A stretch of DNA of 64,000 nt from an uncultured bacterium (GTDB lineage: Bacteria; Chloroflexota; UBA5177; JANWHV01): positions 512,001 through 576,000 of the forward strand of contig CAWHAE010000012.1 in assembly GCA_963827235.1 (NCBI GenBank). Reading direction: 5' to 3'. Each line of letters starts with the position of its first letter. Positions within the stretch are counted from its first letter, which is position 1. Below are positions 30,457 to 40,185 of this stretch, one piece after another. Both the position numbers and the translations under genes were made by a program. The notes under the pieces were generated by a model, which did no database searches, had not been told where the DNA came from, and worked only from the letters and a program-made list of their open reading frames with translations.

Positions 30457-31203
30457 ATGCGCCTGCACGTTCTCGAAACACCGGACGAGCTCGGCCGGGC
30501 TGCTGCCACCGCGGCAGCCGAGCACCTGCGCCGGGCCATCGACGCGCGCGGGATGGCTCGCTGCGTGCTGGCCACGGGAAGCTCCCAGCTCACCTTTCTC
30601 GCCCAACTGGTGCGTGAGCCGGGCATCGCCTGGTCCAAGGTGAGCGTCTTTCATCTCGACGAGTACATCGGCCTCCCTGCCGATCACCCGGCGAGCTTCC
30701 GGCACTACCTGGAGCAGCATCTGGCGCGAGAAGCGCATCCTGGGACCTGCACCTGGATTGACGGCTTGGCCGATCCGCCCGCCGAGTGCCGCAGGGTGGG
30801 CGCCCTGCTGACGGCTGCACCAATCGACCTTGCCTGCGTCGGCATCGGCGAGAACGGACACCTGGCCTTCAATGATCCGCCGGCCGACTTCGAAACCGAG
30901 GAGCCATACCTCGTGGTCGCCCTGGATGAAGCGTGCCGGCGGCAGCAGGTGGGCGAAGGGTGGTTCGCGAGCCTTACCGACGTCCCGGTGAGCGCCATCT
31001 CGATGTCTATTCGCCAGATCTTGAAGGCGCACACGGTGCTCTGCATCGTGCCGGAGCGGCGCAAAGCAATCGCGGTCCGCGACTGTCTGGAGGGAACGAT
31101 CTCCCCGCTCCATCCGGCCTCGAGCTTGCGCCGGCATCAGGACGTCGATATCTATCTCGATCGGTCGAGTGCCTCTCTTCTCACAACGCCAGCGCGCAAA
31201 TAG
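30457..31203 (+). CDS. nagB: Glucosamine-6-phosphate deaminase family protein
   Basis: ATGSSQ, FHLDEYIGL...HPASF, GIGENGHLAFNDP, PASSL..H. Confidence 0.8.
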   Translation: MRLHVLETPDELGRAAATAAAEHLRRAIDARGMARCVLATGSSQLTFLAQLVREPGIAWSKVSVFHLDEYIGLPADHPASFRHYLEQHLAREAHPGTCTWIDGLADPPAECRRVGALLTAAPIDLACVGIGENGHLAFNDPPADFETEEPYLVVALDEACRRQQVGEGWFASLTDVPVSAISMSIRQILKAHTVLCIVPERRKAIAVRDCLEGTISPLHPASSLRRHQDVDIYLDRSSASLLTTPARK

Positions 31204-31221
31204 ATAGGACTGCGAGGTCTC

Positions 31222-32265
31222 ATGCCTGTGCGATTGCGCCGGCCTCGTGTGTGCGCCTGCCTGCTCGCGCTGTCGGTAGCCCTGCTTGCCGTCGCACCGC
31301 GCGGCGCGGTAGCCAGTCGCGAGTCGCTCGGCCCAGGTGCGGCGAGTGCGCCTCAGGCCGTCGGCCCAGGCACCTTGTGGATGATCCAGGTACAACGAGC
31401 AGTGGGAATCACGCACACGTTCTACGGCATCAGCTGTCCGAGTGCCAACTCGTGCTTCGCCGTCGGTGCCGGTGGCGTGATCGTGGCTACCACCAACGGC
31501 GGCGCCGGTTGGCGAGCACAGAACTCTGGCACGACCGCCGACCTGATCGGCATTGATTGTCCTCGCCTAACCACGTGTGTTGCCGTTGGGGCTGCCGGCA
31601 CAATCGACGTCACCACCGATGGCGGGGTGACGGGGTGGCGAAGGCAGCAGGCCGGTACGGGCAAGCTGTTGGTGGGCGTTGCCTGCCAGCAGACGGGCGT
31701 CTGCGTCGTTTCCGGCTACGGCGGCACACTGGTCGCCACGAACGACCTGGGCTCGCACTGGAGGGCGCAGCGGTCCGGCACGACCGCCAATCTCTACCAC
31801 ATCGCCTGTCCGCGGGTCGGCACATGTTTGGTCGCCGGTGACAATGGGACCATCGCATACACCACCGATGGGGGCAGGCACTGGGTGCCGCGGAACGCAG
31901 GAACCACGTCGCCCTTCATCGGTCTGGATTGTCCGCGCGCCCCGACCTGCTTCGCGGTGGGAGGCGCAATCGTTGCGACGAGCGACAGCGGCCGGAGCTG
32001 GCGTTCGCTGCTGCCAGGCACCGGCAAGTTGCTCGTCGGGATCGACTGCATCAGCAGCACGACCTGCTTCACGGTGGGCAACTCGGGTATCTTCCTTGCC
32101 ACGACTGACGCAGGGAACGTGTGGAGGCCGCTGCGTTCCGGCACGCCGAAGTGGCTTGGAGCGATCGACTGCCCAGCGGCCTCCACCTGCTACATCGCCG
32201 GTGAGCACGGGACTATCCTACGGTGGAGCAGGCTCGGCGCACGCGTGAGTGCACGCCCGGGCTGA
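31222..32265 (+). CDS. Secreted Ycf48/BNR-like seven-bladed beta-propeller
   Basis: Signal peptide; seven repeats of Cx5C-xxVG; Asp-box-like TTDGG..W motifs. Confidence 0.8.
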   Translation: MPVRLRRPRVCACLLALSVALLAVAPRGAVASRESLGPGAASAPQAVGPGTLWMIQVQRAVGITHTFYGISCPSANSCFAVGAGGVIVATTNGGAGWRAQNSGTTADLIGIDCPRLTTCVAVGAAGTIDVTTDGGVTGWRRQQAGTGKLLVGVACQQTGVCVVSGYGGTLVATNDLGSHWRAQRSGTTANLYHIACPRVGTCLVAGDNGTIAYTTDGGRHWVPRNAGTTSPFIGLDCPRAPTCFAVGGAIVATSDSGRSWRSLLPGTGKLLVGIDCISSTTCFTVGNSGIFLATTDAGNVWRPLRSGTPKWLGAIDCPAASTCYIAGEHGTILRWSRLGARVSARPG

Positions 32266-32774
32266 AGCAGGCGGCGCTTCCGTAAGGCGGTATGGACTCC
32301 GTTCGAGGCCGCATGTATTGCCTGCTCGGCTGTACTGCGAGTCGAAGGCAGGAGAGACCTTCGTGTCGGCACGATGGCTAGGCTGGGCCCGGCGCTGGTA
32401 CTGCAGTGCCCGGCGGTTTCGCAGGCGTGGCTGCGGGCTCACTGTGGGGACGAGCAGGAGAGCGCCGGATGGGCTCGGCTTCGGAAACGGGGCCGGTATC
32501 TCTCTGCACAGGCATCGGCCCACGGCGACCGGTCAAAAATGTGATGGTCGTCCGAACCTGGACCGGGTGCCGGTCGGCGAGGAGAGCGAGGAGCAGCTTA
32601 CCTTTCTGCCGCGCGAGATAGCAGCGGTGGGACGCGCAATACTGACCAGTTAAGGGGCTATTGGACCTCGGTTCGTCCGTGCGTGTGCAGGCCCGGCCTG
32701 AGTATAGTGGACAGTGCAACTTCCGGTGCGCCCGGACGAAGACTCTTTAGCGGTCATCCCGAGGGAGATGGCTC

Positions 32775-34178
32775 ATGCAATACTTCAAGCCCAATGGAGA
32801 GCATGCGTTTGCCGGCGACTGTATGCCGTTCTGGCATGATGGCATCTTCCACCTGTACTACCTGGCGGACGAGGATCATCATGCTGCTCTTGGCGGGCTA
32901 GGCGGCCACCAGTGGGCACACGCCAGCTCTCCCGATCTCGTCCACTGGACTCACCATGAGCTGGCAATTGCCATCACCGAGCCCTGGGAGGGCTCGATCT
33001 GCACCGGTTCCGTGCTCCACGACAACGGCACGTACTACGGCTTCTACGCCACTCGCCTGCGCGACCGGACGCAGCACCTGAGCCTTGCCACCAGCGACGA
33101 CGGAGTGCGATTCAGCAAGACGATGCCCAACCCGCTGGCGTCTCCGCCTTCCGGATACAACGCCTACCACTACCGGGATCCCTTCGTATTCCGCGATACC
33201 GGCAGCGGTCTCTATCACCTCCTGGTCACGGCATGCCTGGACGACTATCCCGTGTACGGCCGTGGCGGCTGCCTGGCTCACCTGACCTCCGCGGACCTGT
33301 CGACCTGGGACGTTCAAGCGCCGTTTCTGCTGCCGGGGCTACCGGATGTGCCCGAGTGCCCCGACTACTTCGCCTGGAACGGCTGGTACTATCTGGTCTT
33401 CAGCGTTGGCGGTGTCGCGCGCTACCGCATGTCCCGCGAACCGTTTGGCCCCTGGCACCGGCCGGCCTCGGACACGTTCGACGGCTCGGCGGCCTGCGTC
33501 ATGAAGACGGCAGCCTTCGGGGATGAGCGGCGCATAGGGGCCGCCTGGGTTGGGACTCGGCTCGGCGGCAGCGACCAGGGTCCGCTGCAATTCGGCGGCC
33601 ACATCGTGTTTCGGGAGATCGTCCAGAACGCGGACGGCAGTCTTGGCACGCAGTTTCCTGCCGAGATGATCCCGGCAACCGGCGACACCCTCTCCCTCAG
33701 GCCCGTCCCTGTGACGGACAGAACCGTGACGGACTGCTCTCGGGTGCAACTGATGGCCGAGGAGGGACTCGAGGTGGCCATGCTGGAGGAAATCCCGGGC
33801 GACATCCGCATGACCATGGTGGTGCGCCCGGCGCCCGGCTCCGCCGTGTTCGGTCTCAGCCTGAGGGCAGCCGGTGATATGAAGAGCGGGTATGACCTGC
33901 GGTTCCTGCCGCTGGAGGGTCGCGTCGAGTTGTTCGACAGGGTATTGACGGGGCTCAAAGAGCTGAGGGGCACGTTCACCCTCGAGATCATGCTCACGGA
34001 CGACCTCATCGACGTGTGCATCGATCAGCGGCACTGCCTCGTCAATCGCTGTCCGGAGCTGCACGGAGAACGGCTGTTCTTCTTTGCGCTCAACGCGGTG
34101 GTGTCGTTCGACGCTCTCGAAGTCAGGCCACTGCTGGCCCCATTCAGTGAGCGAGGGCAGGATACGCCGAGAGGTTGA
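32775..34178 (+). CDS. Glycoside hydrolase family 32-like (five-bladed propeller) protein
   Basis: AGDCMPF, WAHASSPDLVHW, ICTGS, YRDP and PECPD motifs. Confidence 0.85.
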   Translation: MQYFKPNGEHAFAGDCMPFWHDGIFHLYYLADEDHHAALGGLGGHQWAHASSPDLVHWTHHELAIAITEPWEGSICTGSVLHDNGTYYGFYATRLRDRTQHLSLATSDDGVRFSKTMPNPLASPPSGYNAYHYRDPFVFRDTGSGLYHLLVTACLDDYPVYGRGGCLAHLTSADLSTWDVQAPFLLPGLPDVPECPDYFAWNGWYYLVFSVGGVARYRMSREPFGPWHRPASDTFDGSAACVMKTAAFGDERRIGAAWVGTRLGGSDQGPLQFGGHIVFREIVQNADGSLGTQFPAEMIPATGDTLSLRPVPVTDRTVTDCSRVQLMAEEGLEVAMLEEIPGDIRMTMVVRPAPGSAVFGLSLRAAGDMKSGYDLRFLPLEGRVELFDRVLTGLKELRGTFTLEIMLTDDLIDVCIDQRHCLVNRCPELHGERLFFFALNAVVSFDALEVRPLLAPFSERGQDTPRG

Positions 34179-35232
34179 TCTCCACGGGATCGGCGTCGCC
34201 CGCGAAGGCAAGGTAACGGCATGGTGCCAGGTGGACGGGCTCTCCGGCCGAGAACGAGTGCTCCTTGGGCACGAAGACCTTGATCAGCGATCCTGTCTCG
34301 AGGCGAACTTCTACCTGCCGGTAGTGCCCCAGGTCCATGACCACATCGACGTGCCCGTCCAGCGTGGCGCCGTTTGCCTGGGCAGTTGGTCGCAAGTCCT
34401 CCGGACGGAAGGCGACGCGAAGCCGCTGTCCGTCCGGCCAGGCCGCCACAGGAGCCGGCAAGCGAGCCGACGCGACTTCTACCGTCCCGTCGCCATGCCG
34501 GTAGAGGCCGTCGAGCGTGCTCATGGTGCCGATGAAGTCGGAGACGAAGAGGGTGCTCGGCTGGGCGTACACGCGGGACGGCGTGTCAAGCTGCTCCAAA
34601 TGCCCGCGGCTCATCACGGCGAGACGATCGGCGATAGACAGCGCTTCCTCCTGATCGTGGGTCACGAAGACCGAGGTGATGCCGGTCCGGCGCTGGATTC
34701 GCTTGATCTCCTCGCGCATGCGCACGCGCAGGCGCGCATCGAGATTGGAGAGCGGCTCGTCCAGAAGCAATACCTTGGGCTCGAGCACCAGAGCCCTGGC
34801 CAGGGCGATGCGTTGCTGTTCGCCACCGGACAGCTGGTTCGGATAGCGCTGAGCGGCGTCCGGCAATCCCACGATCTCCAGCGCCTCGCGTACCTTGGCC
34901 GCCACCGCGCTACTTGGCAGGCGGCGCAGCTTCAAGCCGAAAGCCACGTTATCCCACACACGCATGTGCGGCCACAAGGTGTATTTCTGGAAGACCATCG
35001 CCGTCGGCCGCTTGTTCGGCGGCAGGGTGGTGATGGATATCCCGTCGATCGCGATATCCCCCTGGTCGACGTTCTCGAAGCCTCCAATCATGCGCAACGT
35101 GGTCGATTTGCCGCAGCCCGATGGGCCGAGGATACACAGCAGCTCACCGCTGAAGACGGTGAGGGAGACGCCGGCAACCGCTTGCACGTCGCCGTAGTAC
35201 TTGACCACGTCGTGGAGCACCAGCTCAGCCAT
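34144..35232 (-). CDS. ABC transporter ATPase (PotA/MalK-like, TOBE domain)
   Basis: GPSGCGKST, LSGGEQQR, LLLDEP, VTHDQEEA; ATG 35232 overlaps the upstream stop. Confidence 0.95.
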   Translation of the reverse strand: MAELVLHDVVKYYGDVQAVAGVSLTVFSGELLCILGPSGCGKSTTLRMIGGFENVDQGDIAIDGISITTLPPNKRPTAMVFQKYTLWPHMRVWDNVAFGLKLRRLPSSAVAAKVREALEIVGLPDAAQRYPNQLSGGEQQRIALARALVLEPKVLLLDEPLSNLDARLRVRMREEIKRIQRRTGITSVFVTHDQEEALSIADRLAVMSRGHLEQLDTPSRVYAQPSTLFVSDFIGTMSTLDGLYRHGDGTVEVASARLPAPVAAWPDGQRLRVAFRPEDLRPTAQANGATLDGHVDVVMDLGHYRQVEVRLETGSLIKVFVPKEHSFSAGEPVHLAPCRYLAFAGDADPVEINLSAYPALAH

Positions 35233-36134
35233 CACGCAGCTCCCAGAATACGAATGCCCCGCCCGCGAGCCACGTATTGCGCTACGCCGAGCAGCAGCAG
35301 GGATGGTATGGAGAGAATGAGGGCAAAGACCGCCCCCTCCGGTTGAGCGTACGAGTTCACCGCGTTGTACATGATCAGCGGCATGGTCACGTTGTCCGGC
35401 AGACCGACGATCAGCGTGCCCTGGGATTCGTCGAGGGCCGCTACGAAGGACAGCAGCATGGCGACGGCGATGGCAGGAGCGGCAAGGGGCAGCGTGATGC
35501 GGAAGAAGGTGCCGGTGCGCGAGCAACCGGCATCCATGGCCGCTTCCTCCAGGCTGCGATCGATATTCTGGAATGCGGCGGCCGGAATCCAGATCATGAA
35601 GACCAGGGTCTCGATCATCTGGATCACGACGATGCCCTGCACGGTGTCGTTGAAGCCGATCCTGTAGAAGATGGTGAGAATCGTGACGTAGAGGCCGAAC
35701 TTGGGAAATGCGTTGGCCGCCAGAAAGGCAAGCAAGAGCGGCTGCCGGCCCACGAAGTGGAAGCGGGCGAAGGCGTAGGCGGCGGGGAGGCACAGCACCG
35801 TCGAGCACAACATGACGACGGTGGCGGTCTCCAGGCTCAGCTTGATGGAGTCCGTAATCCCGGTCAGATTGAGCACGTCCGGCCACCATTTCAGCGACCA
35901 CACCTGGGGCAGCAGGCTGTTCCCGGTCCACTGACCGGCAAAGGCCCAGATGGCCATCACGATCAGCGGACCCAGGATGAAGATCGTGAGCGCCGCCAGG
36001 GCAAGCCATTTCAGCCCATTGAGGATCGCGCCGGCCGCCGCCTGCCGGCCGGCATGGATTGTCCAGGCACTGCTCGACGGCCTCGCCGGGGCCTGTCCGC
36101 CGGCGGTGCCGAGGCTGGCGGGAAGCTCTGCCAT
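35232..36134 (-). CDS. ABC transporter permease (PotC-like)
   Basis: EAA loop SLEEAAMDAGCS; six TM segments. Confidence 0.92.
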   Translation of the reverse strand: MAELPASLGTAGGQAPARPSSSAWTIHAGRQAAAGAILNGLKWLALAALTIFILGPLIVMAIWAFAGQWTGNSLLPQVWSLKWWPDVLNLTGITDSIKLSLETATVVMLCSTVLCLPAAYAFARFHFVGRQPLLLAFLAANAFPKFGLYVTILTIFYRIGFNDTVQGIVVIQMIETLVFMIWIPAAAFQNIDRSLEEAAMDAGCSRTGTFFRITLPLAAPAIAVAMLLSFVAALDESQGTLIVGLPDNVTMPLIMYNAVNSYAQPEGAVFALILSIPSLLLLGVAQYVARGRGIRILGAA

Positions 36135-36140
36135 CCCTTT

Positions 36141-37088
36141 TCACCTCCTCCGCTGTCGGGCCACGGCCACGACGTATACAATGCCGACCAGCACGGCGGC
36201 CACGAAGGTCAATACGGCCTCGGCTTGCGCGATCAGGATCCGCTGATTCCCGATGTTGTCGTTCATGGCCGGGCCGAGCATCTGGGGCAGCGTCGGCCCC
36301 AGCAGATCGGGAATGTTGAAGCTGCCCATCACGCCGATGAAGGCGAGGATGAGTGCGATCAGCGCCTGTCTCAGAGTGAGCGGGAAGAGGATGCTGATGA
36401 AGATGCGCACATAGCCTGCACCCACGTCGCGTGCGCTTTCCACCAGCGCGTTGTCGATCTCGCCCAATCCGGCCCCGATCAGCAGGATAGTAATCGGGAT
36501 GTTGTTCCACACCTGGCCCATTACGATGCCGGTGGTGTTGTCGATGAGCTGAGGGTACTTGCCACCCAGCATCGAGGACTCGACGTGCGTGTCTTGCAGC
36601 AGCACGTCGAGGAAGTTGCCCTGCTGGTAGAAGGAGATGAAGGCGTAGGCAGACACGATCGTGGGGATGAACAGCGGGATCAGGCTCAGCGTGCGGAAGA
36701 AGCCGGCAATGCGACTGCTGCTGAAGCGCAAGAACATGGCCAGCGGGTAACACAGCGCGAAGAGCACCACCAGCGTGATCGCCGTCACCTGCAGTGTGTA
36801 GACTATGGCCCGGCGGTCCAGTTTGTAAGCGGGATTCGTGAGCAGTTGGCGGTAGGTGTCGAAGCTGAACGAGCTCGACACCGACAGCACGCCGCGCCCC
36901 GTGACCAGGGGCCGGGTGGTGAGCGTGTCCCACACCGCGTTCAGCGATGGGTAGACGACGAGCAGGGCCAAGAACAGTATTGGTGGGGCAATCAACACGT
37001 AGCCCAGGAGCTGCTCGCGCAGATGGGCGAAGCGGTGGCGACGAATCGCCACCACTCCGCGCCGACCGGAGCCGAGTACAAATGCCAC
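36141..37088 (-). CDS. ABC transporter permease (PotB-like)
   Basis: ALVESARDVGAG loop; TM segments; start uncertain. Confidence 0.9.
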   Translation of the reverse strand: MAFVLGSGRRGVVAIRRHRFAHLREQLLGYVLIAPPILFLALLVVYPSLNAVWDTLTTRPLVTGRGVLSVSSSFSFDTYRQLLTNPAYKLDRRAIVYTLQVTAITLVVLFALCYPLAMFLRFSSSRIAGFFRTLSLIPLFIPTIVSAYAFISFYQQGNFLDVLLQDTHVESSMLGGKYPQLIDNTTGIVMGQVWNNIPITILLIGAGLGEIDNALVESARDVGAGYVRIFISILFPLTLRQALIALILAFIGVMGSFNIPDLLGPTLPQMLGPAMNDNIGNQRILIAQAEAVLTFVAAVLVGIVYVVAVARQRRR

Positions 37089-37094
37089 TGTACT

Positions 37095-38249
37095 TCAGCT
37101 TGCCGGGACGTTAGCTTTCCACTGGTTGACGAGGTCGGTGTCCCACTGGCCGCCGGGCCAGAAGCCGTAGTCCTTGGCCAGCGGACCGAAATGCTGAACA
37201 ACCGAAGCGGGCACGTACTTGAAGTCGATCGCCGGGAAGCCTTCGATGGCGGTGGCGATCTTCGCCTGCTCGGGCACGCTCAGGATGAAGTTGACCAGCG
37301 CCTTGGCGCCGACCGGGTTCTGCGCCAGCTTGGGAATAGATATGAACGAGGGGCCGCCGGCAAACGGCGGGCTGATCTGGGTCAGCTTGATGTACTTGGG
37401 CAGCAGGCCCTTGTCGAGGTATTGCAGGCCCTGATCCGACCATGCGGTACCCATCCAGATGGCGCCCTTGGCGAGAAGGTTCAGCACCGGGATGTTGCCG
37501 TCCGGGTGGAAGCCGCTCTGGTAAAGATCGGGCTCGATCGACTTGAGCAGGGCCCATGCCTTGGGCCAGCTCGATTCGGCGGCGACGTTATAGGGCTTGG
37601 TCAGCAGGTTGTCGTCCATCACCGTTCGAATAGCTTCGGCGACGAAGTAATCCCCCGTGCCGCCCACGTCGGGCCGGCAATAGGTGAACTTGCCCGGGTT
37701 GGCCTTGATCCAGGCAATGAGATCGGCGAACGTCTTGGGCGGATTCGGCACTTCCTGGCTGTTGTAGGCCAGCGTCACCGCCGAGGCGCGATAGGCGGCC
37801 GCGTAGCCCTGTCCCTGGGCCCACACGAACGGGGGCACCTTGGCGCCATTGGGAAGATCCTTGAGCGTCAAGGGCAGAAAGTAGTCTTTTTCGGACTTCC
37901 CGGCCGGGTAGGCGTAGGTGCTCGGGTCGTCCTCCCAGACGTCGTACTTGACGCTCTGCGTTCCGGACTTCATTGCTGCCGTCAGATTGTTGACGATTAG
38001 CGCCGGCGCCCCGATGCCGTGCAAGATGTCGGTGAAATGAACGGTGTACTGTGGGTAGGCTTTCTGGAAATCGGGAACGATCGTGTTGCGGTAGAGGTCC
38101 ACGAGGTTCACGTCGCCGAGAGACGTGAAGTAGATGGTCGACGTGGCATCAGCTCGGGCCTTCGGAAGATGGCCCGCGGAAAAGAGCCCGCTGGCGACAA
38201 GGACAGCTGCCGCCACGCTTCTACCGATTACGCTTGTCCGCACACCCAT
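37095..38249 (-). CDS. ABC substrate-binding protein (YnjB/PotD-like)
   Basis: Signal peptide; LAYNSQEVPNPPKTFADL..WIKANPGKFTY; AGGPSFISIP; AGGAGG RBS. Confidence 0.88.
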   Translation of the reverse strand: MGVRTSVIGRSVAAAVLVASGLFSAGHLPKARADATSTIYFTSLGDVNLVDLYRNTIVPDFQKAYPQYTVHFTDILHGIGAPALIVNNLTAAMKSGTQSVKYDVWEDDPSTYAYPAGKSEKDYFLPLTLKDLPNGAKVPPFVWAQGQGYAAAYRASAVTLAYNSQEVPNPPKTFADLIAWIKANPGKFTYCRPDVGGTGDYFVAEAIRTVMDDNLLTKPYNVAAESSWPKAWALLKSIEPDLYQSGFHPDGNIPVLNLLAKGAIWMGTAWSDQGLQYLDKGLLPKYIKLTQISPPFAGGPSFISIPKLAQNPVGAKALVNFILSVPEQAKIATAIEGFPAIDFKYVPASVVQHFGPLAKDYGFWPGGQWDTDLVNQWKANVPAS

Positions 38250-38386
38250 TGCGGCGAATCCTCCTGACTTGCCATGACCCGTCTCATTCTCAGCGGCTTG
38301 CAGTCAGCACGAGCATGGGCCGGCGCCTGGCCAGGCGTGCTGAAGCGGTCCGCGGCGAACCACCATTGTCCGGTGGTGCTTGGCAC

Positions 38387-38430
38387 AGCATAGCAAGGCA
38401 AGTTTAAGCGCCTGTTAAGGTTTGCTTAAG
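38387..38430 (-). promoter_or_regulatory. Three CTTAA direct repeats at 11-bp period (OmpR/PhoB-type box) plus extended -10
   Basis: Minus strand CTTAAGC-aaac-CTTAACA-ggcg-CTTAAAC, then TGcTATGCT. Confidence 0.65.
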
Positions 38431-38740
38431 CCTTTGGGAAGTAGGCTAAGAATCGCGTTTCCGTTTGATAAGGGTCCGCGGCCCGGGCGAACTCTGCTTT
38501 TGACGCCCAGCGCCCAAGGCTGCGCTTGGGCGCTCAGAATCGTCTGTAGCCCGGACCCTTCGCGACAGCAGCGCGCCGGCGCTCGACCCGGAAGCGCGCG
38601 TCTACCAGCTATCGGGCGCTCCGGCGGCGGCAGAGGAGCAGGAGCGACCAGCCCGCATGCCCGCCGGCGCCGGAATCAGGAGTACGGGCAACCGAAGCCG
38701 CTCAGGCTGCTCGGTGCATCCCGATAACCTGGCCAGTACG

Positions 38741-38785
38741 TGCGCATGGTGCCATGGCGGCCCTGCCGCCATGGCACCATGCGCA
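38741..38785. repeat. Perfect 21-bp inverted repeat with 3-nt loop; possible terminator
   Basis: TGCGCATGGTGCCATGGCGGC-CCT-GCCGCCATGGCACCATGCGCA. Confidence 0.85.
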
Positions 38786-38971
38786 AGCTGCATCTGCGTG
38801 CGGCATGCCGCACGCGCTTCAGGCTTCTGCACGGCGCAACCGGCTGCAGCGCTTTCCACGCCGTGGCCGCCCCGCACGCGGACGTCGAATCCTTCTGGTG
38901 GGGCGGCCACCGATCGCCCCATAGTTGGCTCCTCTGTGCAACTGAGCAAGCCTAACACGTTGCCCTAGCAG

Positions 38972-39847
38972 CTAGAGCGCAAAGCGATCCTTGAGGAACG
39001 CGCGGCTTCGCTTGGCCGCATAGATGGGATCGGACGGCGCATCCTGTTCTACGATGATCCAACCGTCATAGCTCGCCGCACGCAGCGAGCCAAAGATGCG
39101 GTCCATGTCAACGCAGCCGTCCCCCAGCGGTACAAAGAGCCCGCGCTGGACCGCCGCGGCAAAATCGAGCCGCTCCGCACGCACTATCTCGAGTGCCGCG
39201 GCGTCGACATCCTTCAGGTGCACGTACCAGACGCGCGAGGCATAATCGACAAAGATCGACTCGGGATCGACGCCCGCGTAGGCGAGGTGGCCCGTGTCCG
39301 GGCAAAGTCCAAGCAGCTCAGGATCGGTGAGCGCGCACAGCCGGTCGATCTCATTGCGCGTCTCTACGAACGTGCCTACATGCGGGTGGAAGACGGCCCG
39401 CATTCCGCGATCGCGCAACATCTTCCCGACACGGTTGAGCCCGTCGGCCAGATACCCCCACCGCCTGTCGTCGAGGCCGTCGCTGCCGTCAGGGTTGACC
39501 CGGCCGGCTACTGCCAGACGTTCTGGCGACGTGTGATCGGCGAGGATGAGAATGTCACAACCGAGCGCCTGCAGGCGATCGGCCACGGGAACCACGCGGG
39601 CGACCTCGGCGTCGTGCAATGTGGGGTCCAGGAGTTCGACCTCGTGGAACGTCGCGGCTGCCAGCAGCCCGTGCCTGGCCAGGTCGCCGCGAAGCCCGGG
39701 GATGTCCGTGGGAAAGTGATAGCTGATTTCGGTACCGGCATACCCGCACTCGGACATCTCGCCGAGCATTTGGTCGAAGGATGGCAGAACGCTCCAGTAG
39801 TACAGTGGGTCGAAGCCCCAGTTGACCGACGCCGTGCCGACCTGCAT
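38972..39847 (-). CDS. Xylose-isomerase-like TIM barrel, IolE (inosose dehydratase)-like
   Basis: GYAGTE, FHPHVGTFVET..E, DTGH, VHLKD, LGDG.VD, YDGWIIVEQD. Confidence 0.85.
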   Translation of the reverse strand: MQVGTASVNWGFDPLYYWSVLPSFDQMLGEMSECGYAGTEISYHFPTDIPGLRGDLARHGLLAAATFHEVELLDPTLHDAEVARVVPVADRLQALGCDILILADHTSPERLAVAGRVNPDGSDGLDDRRWGYLADGLNRVGKMLRDRGMRAVFHPHVGTFVETRNEIDRLCALTDPELLGLCPDTGHLAYAGVDPESIFVDYASRVWYVHLKDVDAAALEIVRAERLDFAAAVQRGLFVPLGDGCVDMDRIFGSLRAASYDGWIIVEQDAPSDPIYAAKRSRAFLKDRFAL

Positions 39848-40033
39848 GGAAGCACCTCCTGCTCACGCGCCAACACGATAATCGCCATCTCGCACCGCAA
39901 AACCGATCGCCGGTGCGACCGAGCGATCACGTCTGTTTACCCTCAGATAGAGTAGCATGGCTATGCAAGTGGGTGCAGTCCCGTGGTCGACGGAACCTAG
40001 GAGACGTATTTGGCGTTCGAAGAGGGCAGGTGC

Positions 40034-40087
40034 TTGACTATTGAGCCTGGTGATGCTAGGATGGCGTCGGTTCTGAGAACGTTTCCA
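40034..40087 (+). promoter_or_regulatory. Sigma-70-type promoter with LacI-type operator
   Basis: TTGACT-N17-TAGGAT (40034-40062), then TGAGAACGTTTCCA (40074-40087). Confidence 0.7.
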
Positions 40088-40185
40088 GATCCGCTCTCCC
40101 AGTCCCATCGAGCTTCGCGAGCGTTGCGAGAAAACCGAGTTCGTTGTCCTCTCCTTTCAAGTCGGAGGGGCCTAGGAGGGTAAGC

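Noticed and set aside
32266-32774. Possible gene or ncRNA in this long intergenic gap (also 25860-26290, 28980-29520, 47820-48330)
   Set aside because: No convincing RBS/ORF, riboswitch consensus or repeat recognised by eye; an Infernal/Rfam scan would be needed.
35233-36933. 929-aa ABC ATPase fusion
   Set aside because: The upstream part is an off-frame read of the two permeases; the ATPase begins at 35232.
35277-38000. 907-aa plus-strand ORF
   Set aside because: Antisense shadow of the ABC operon.
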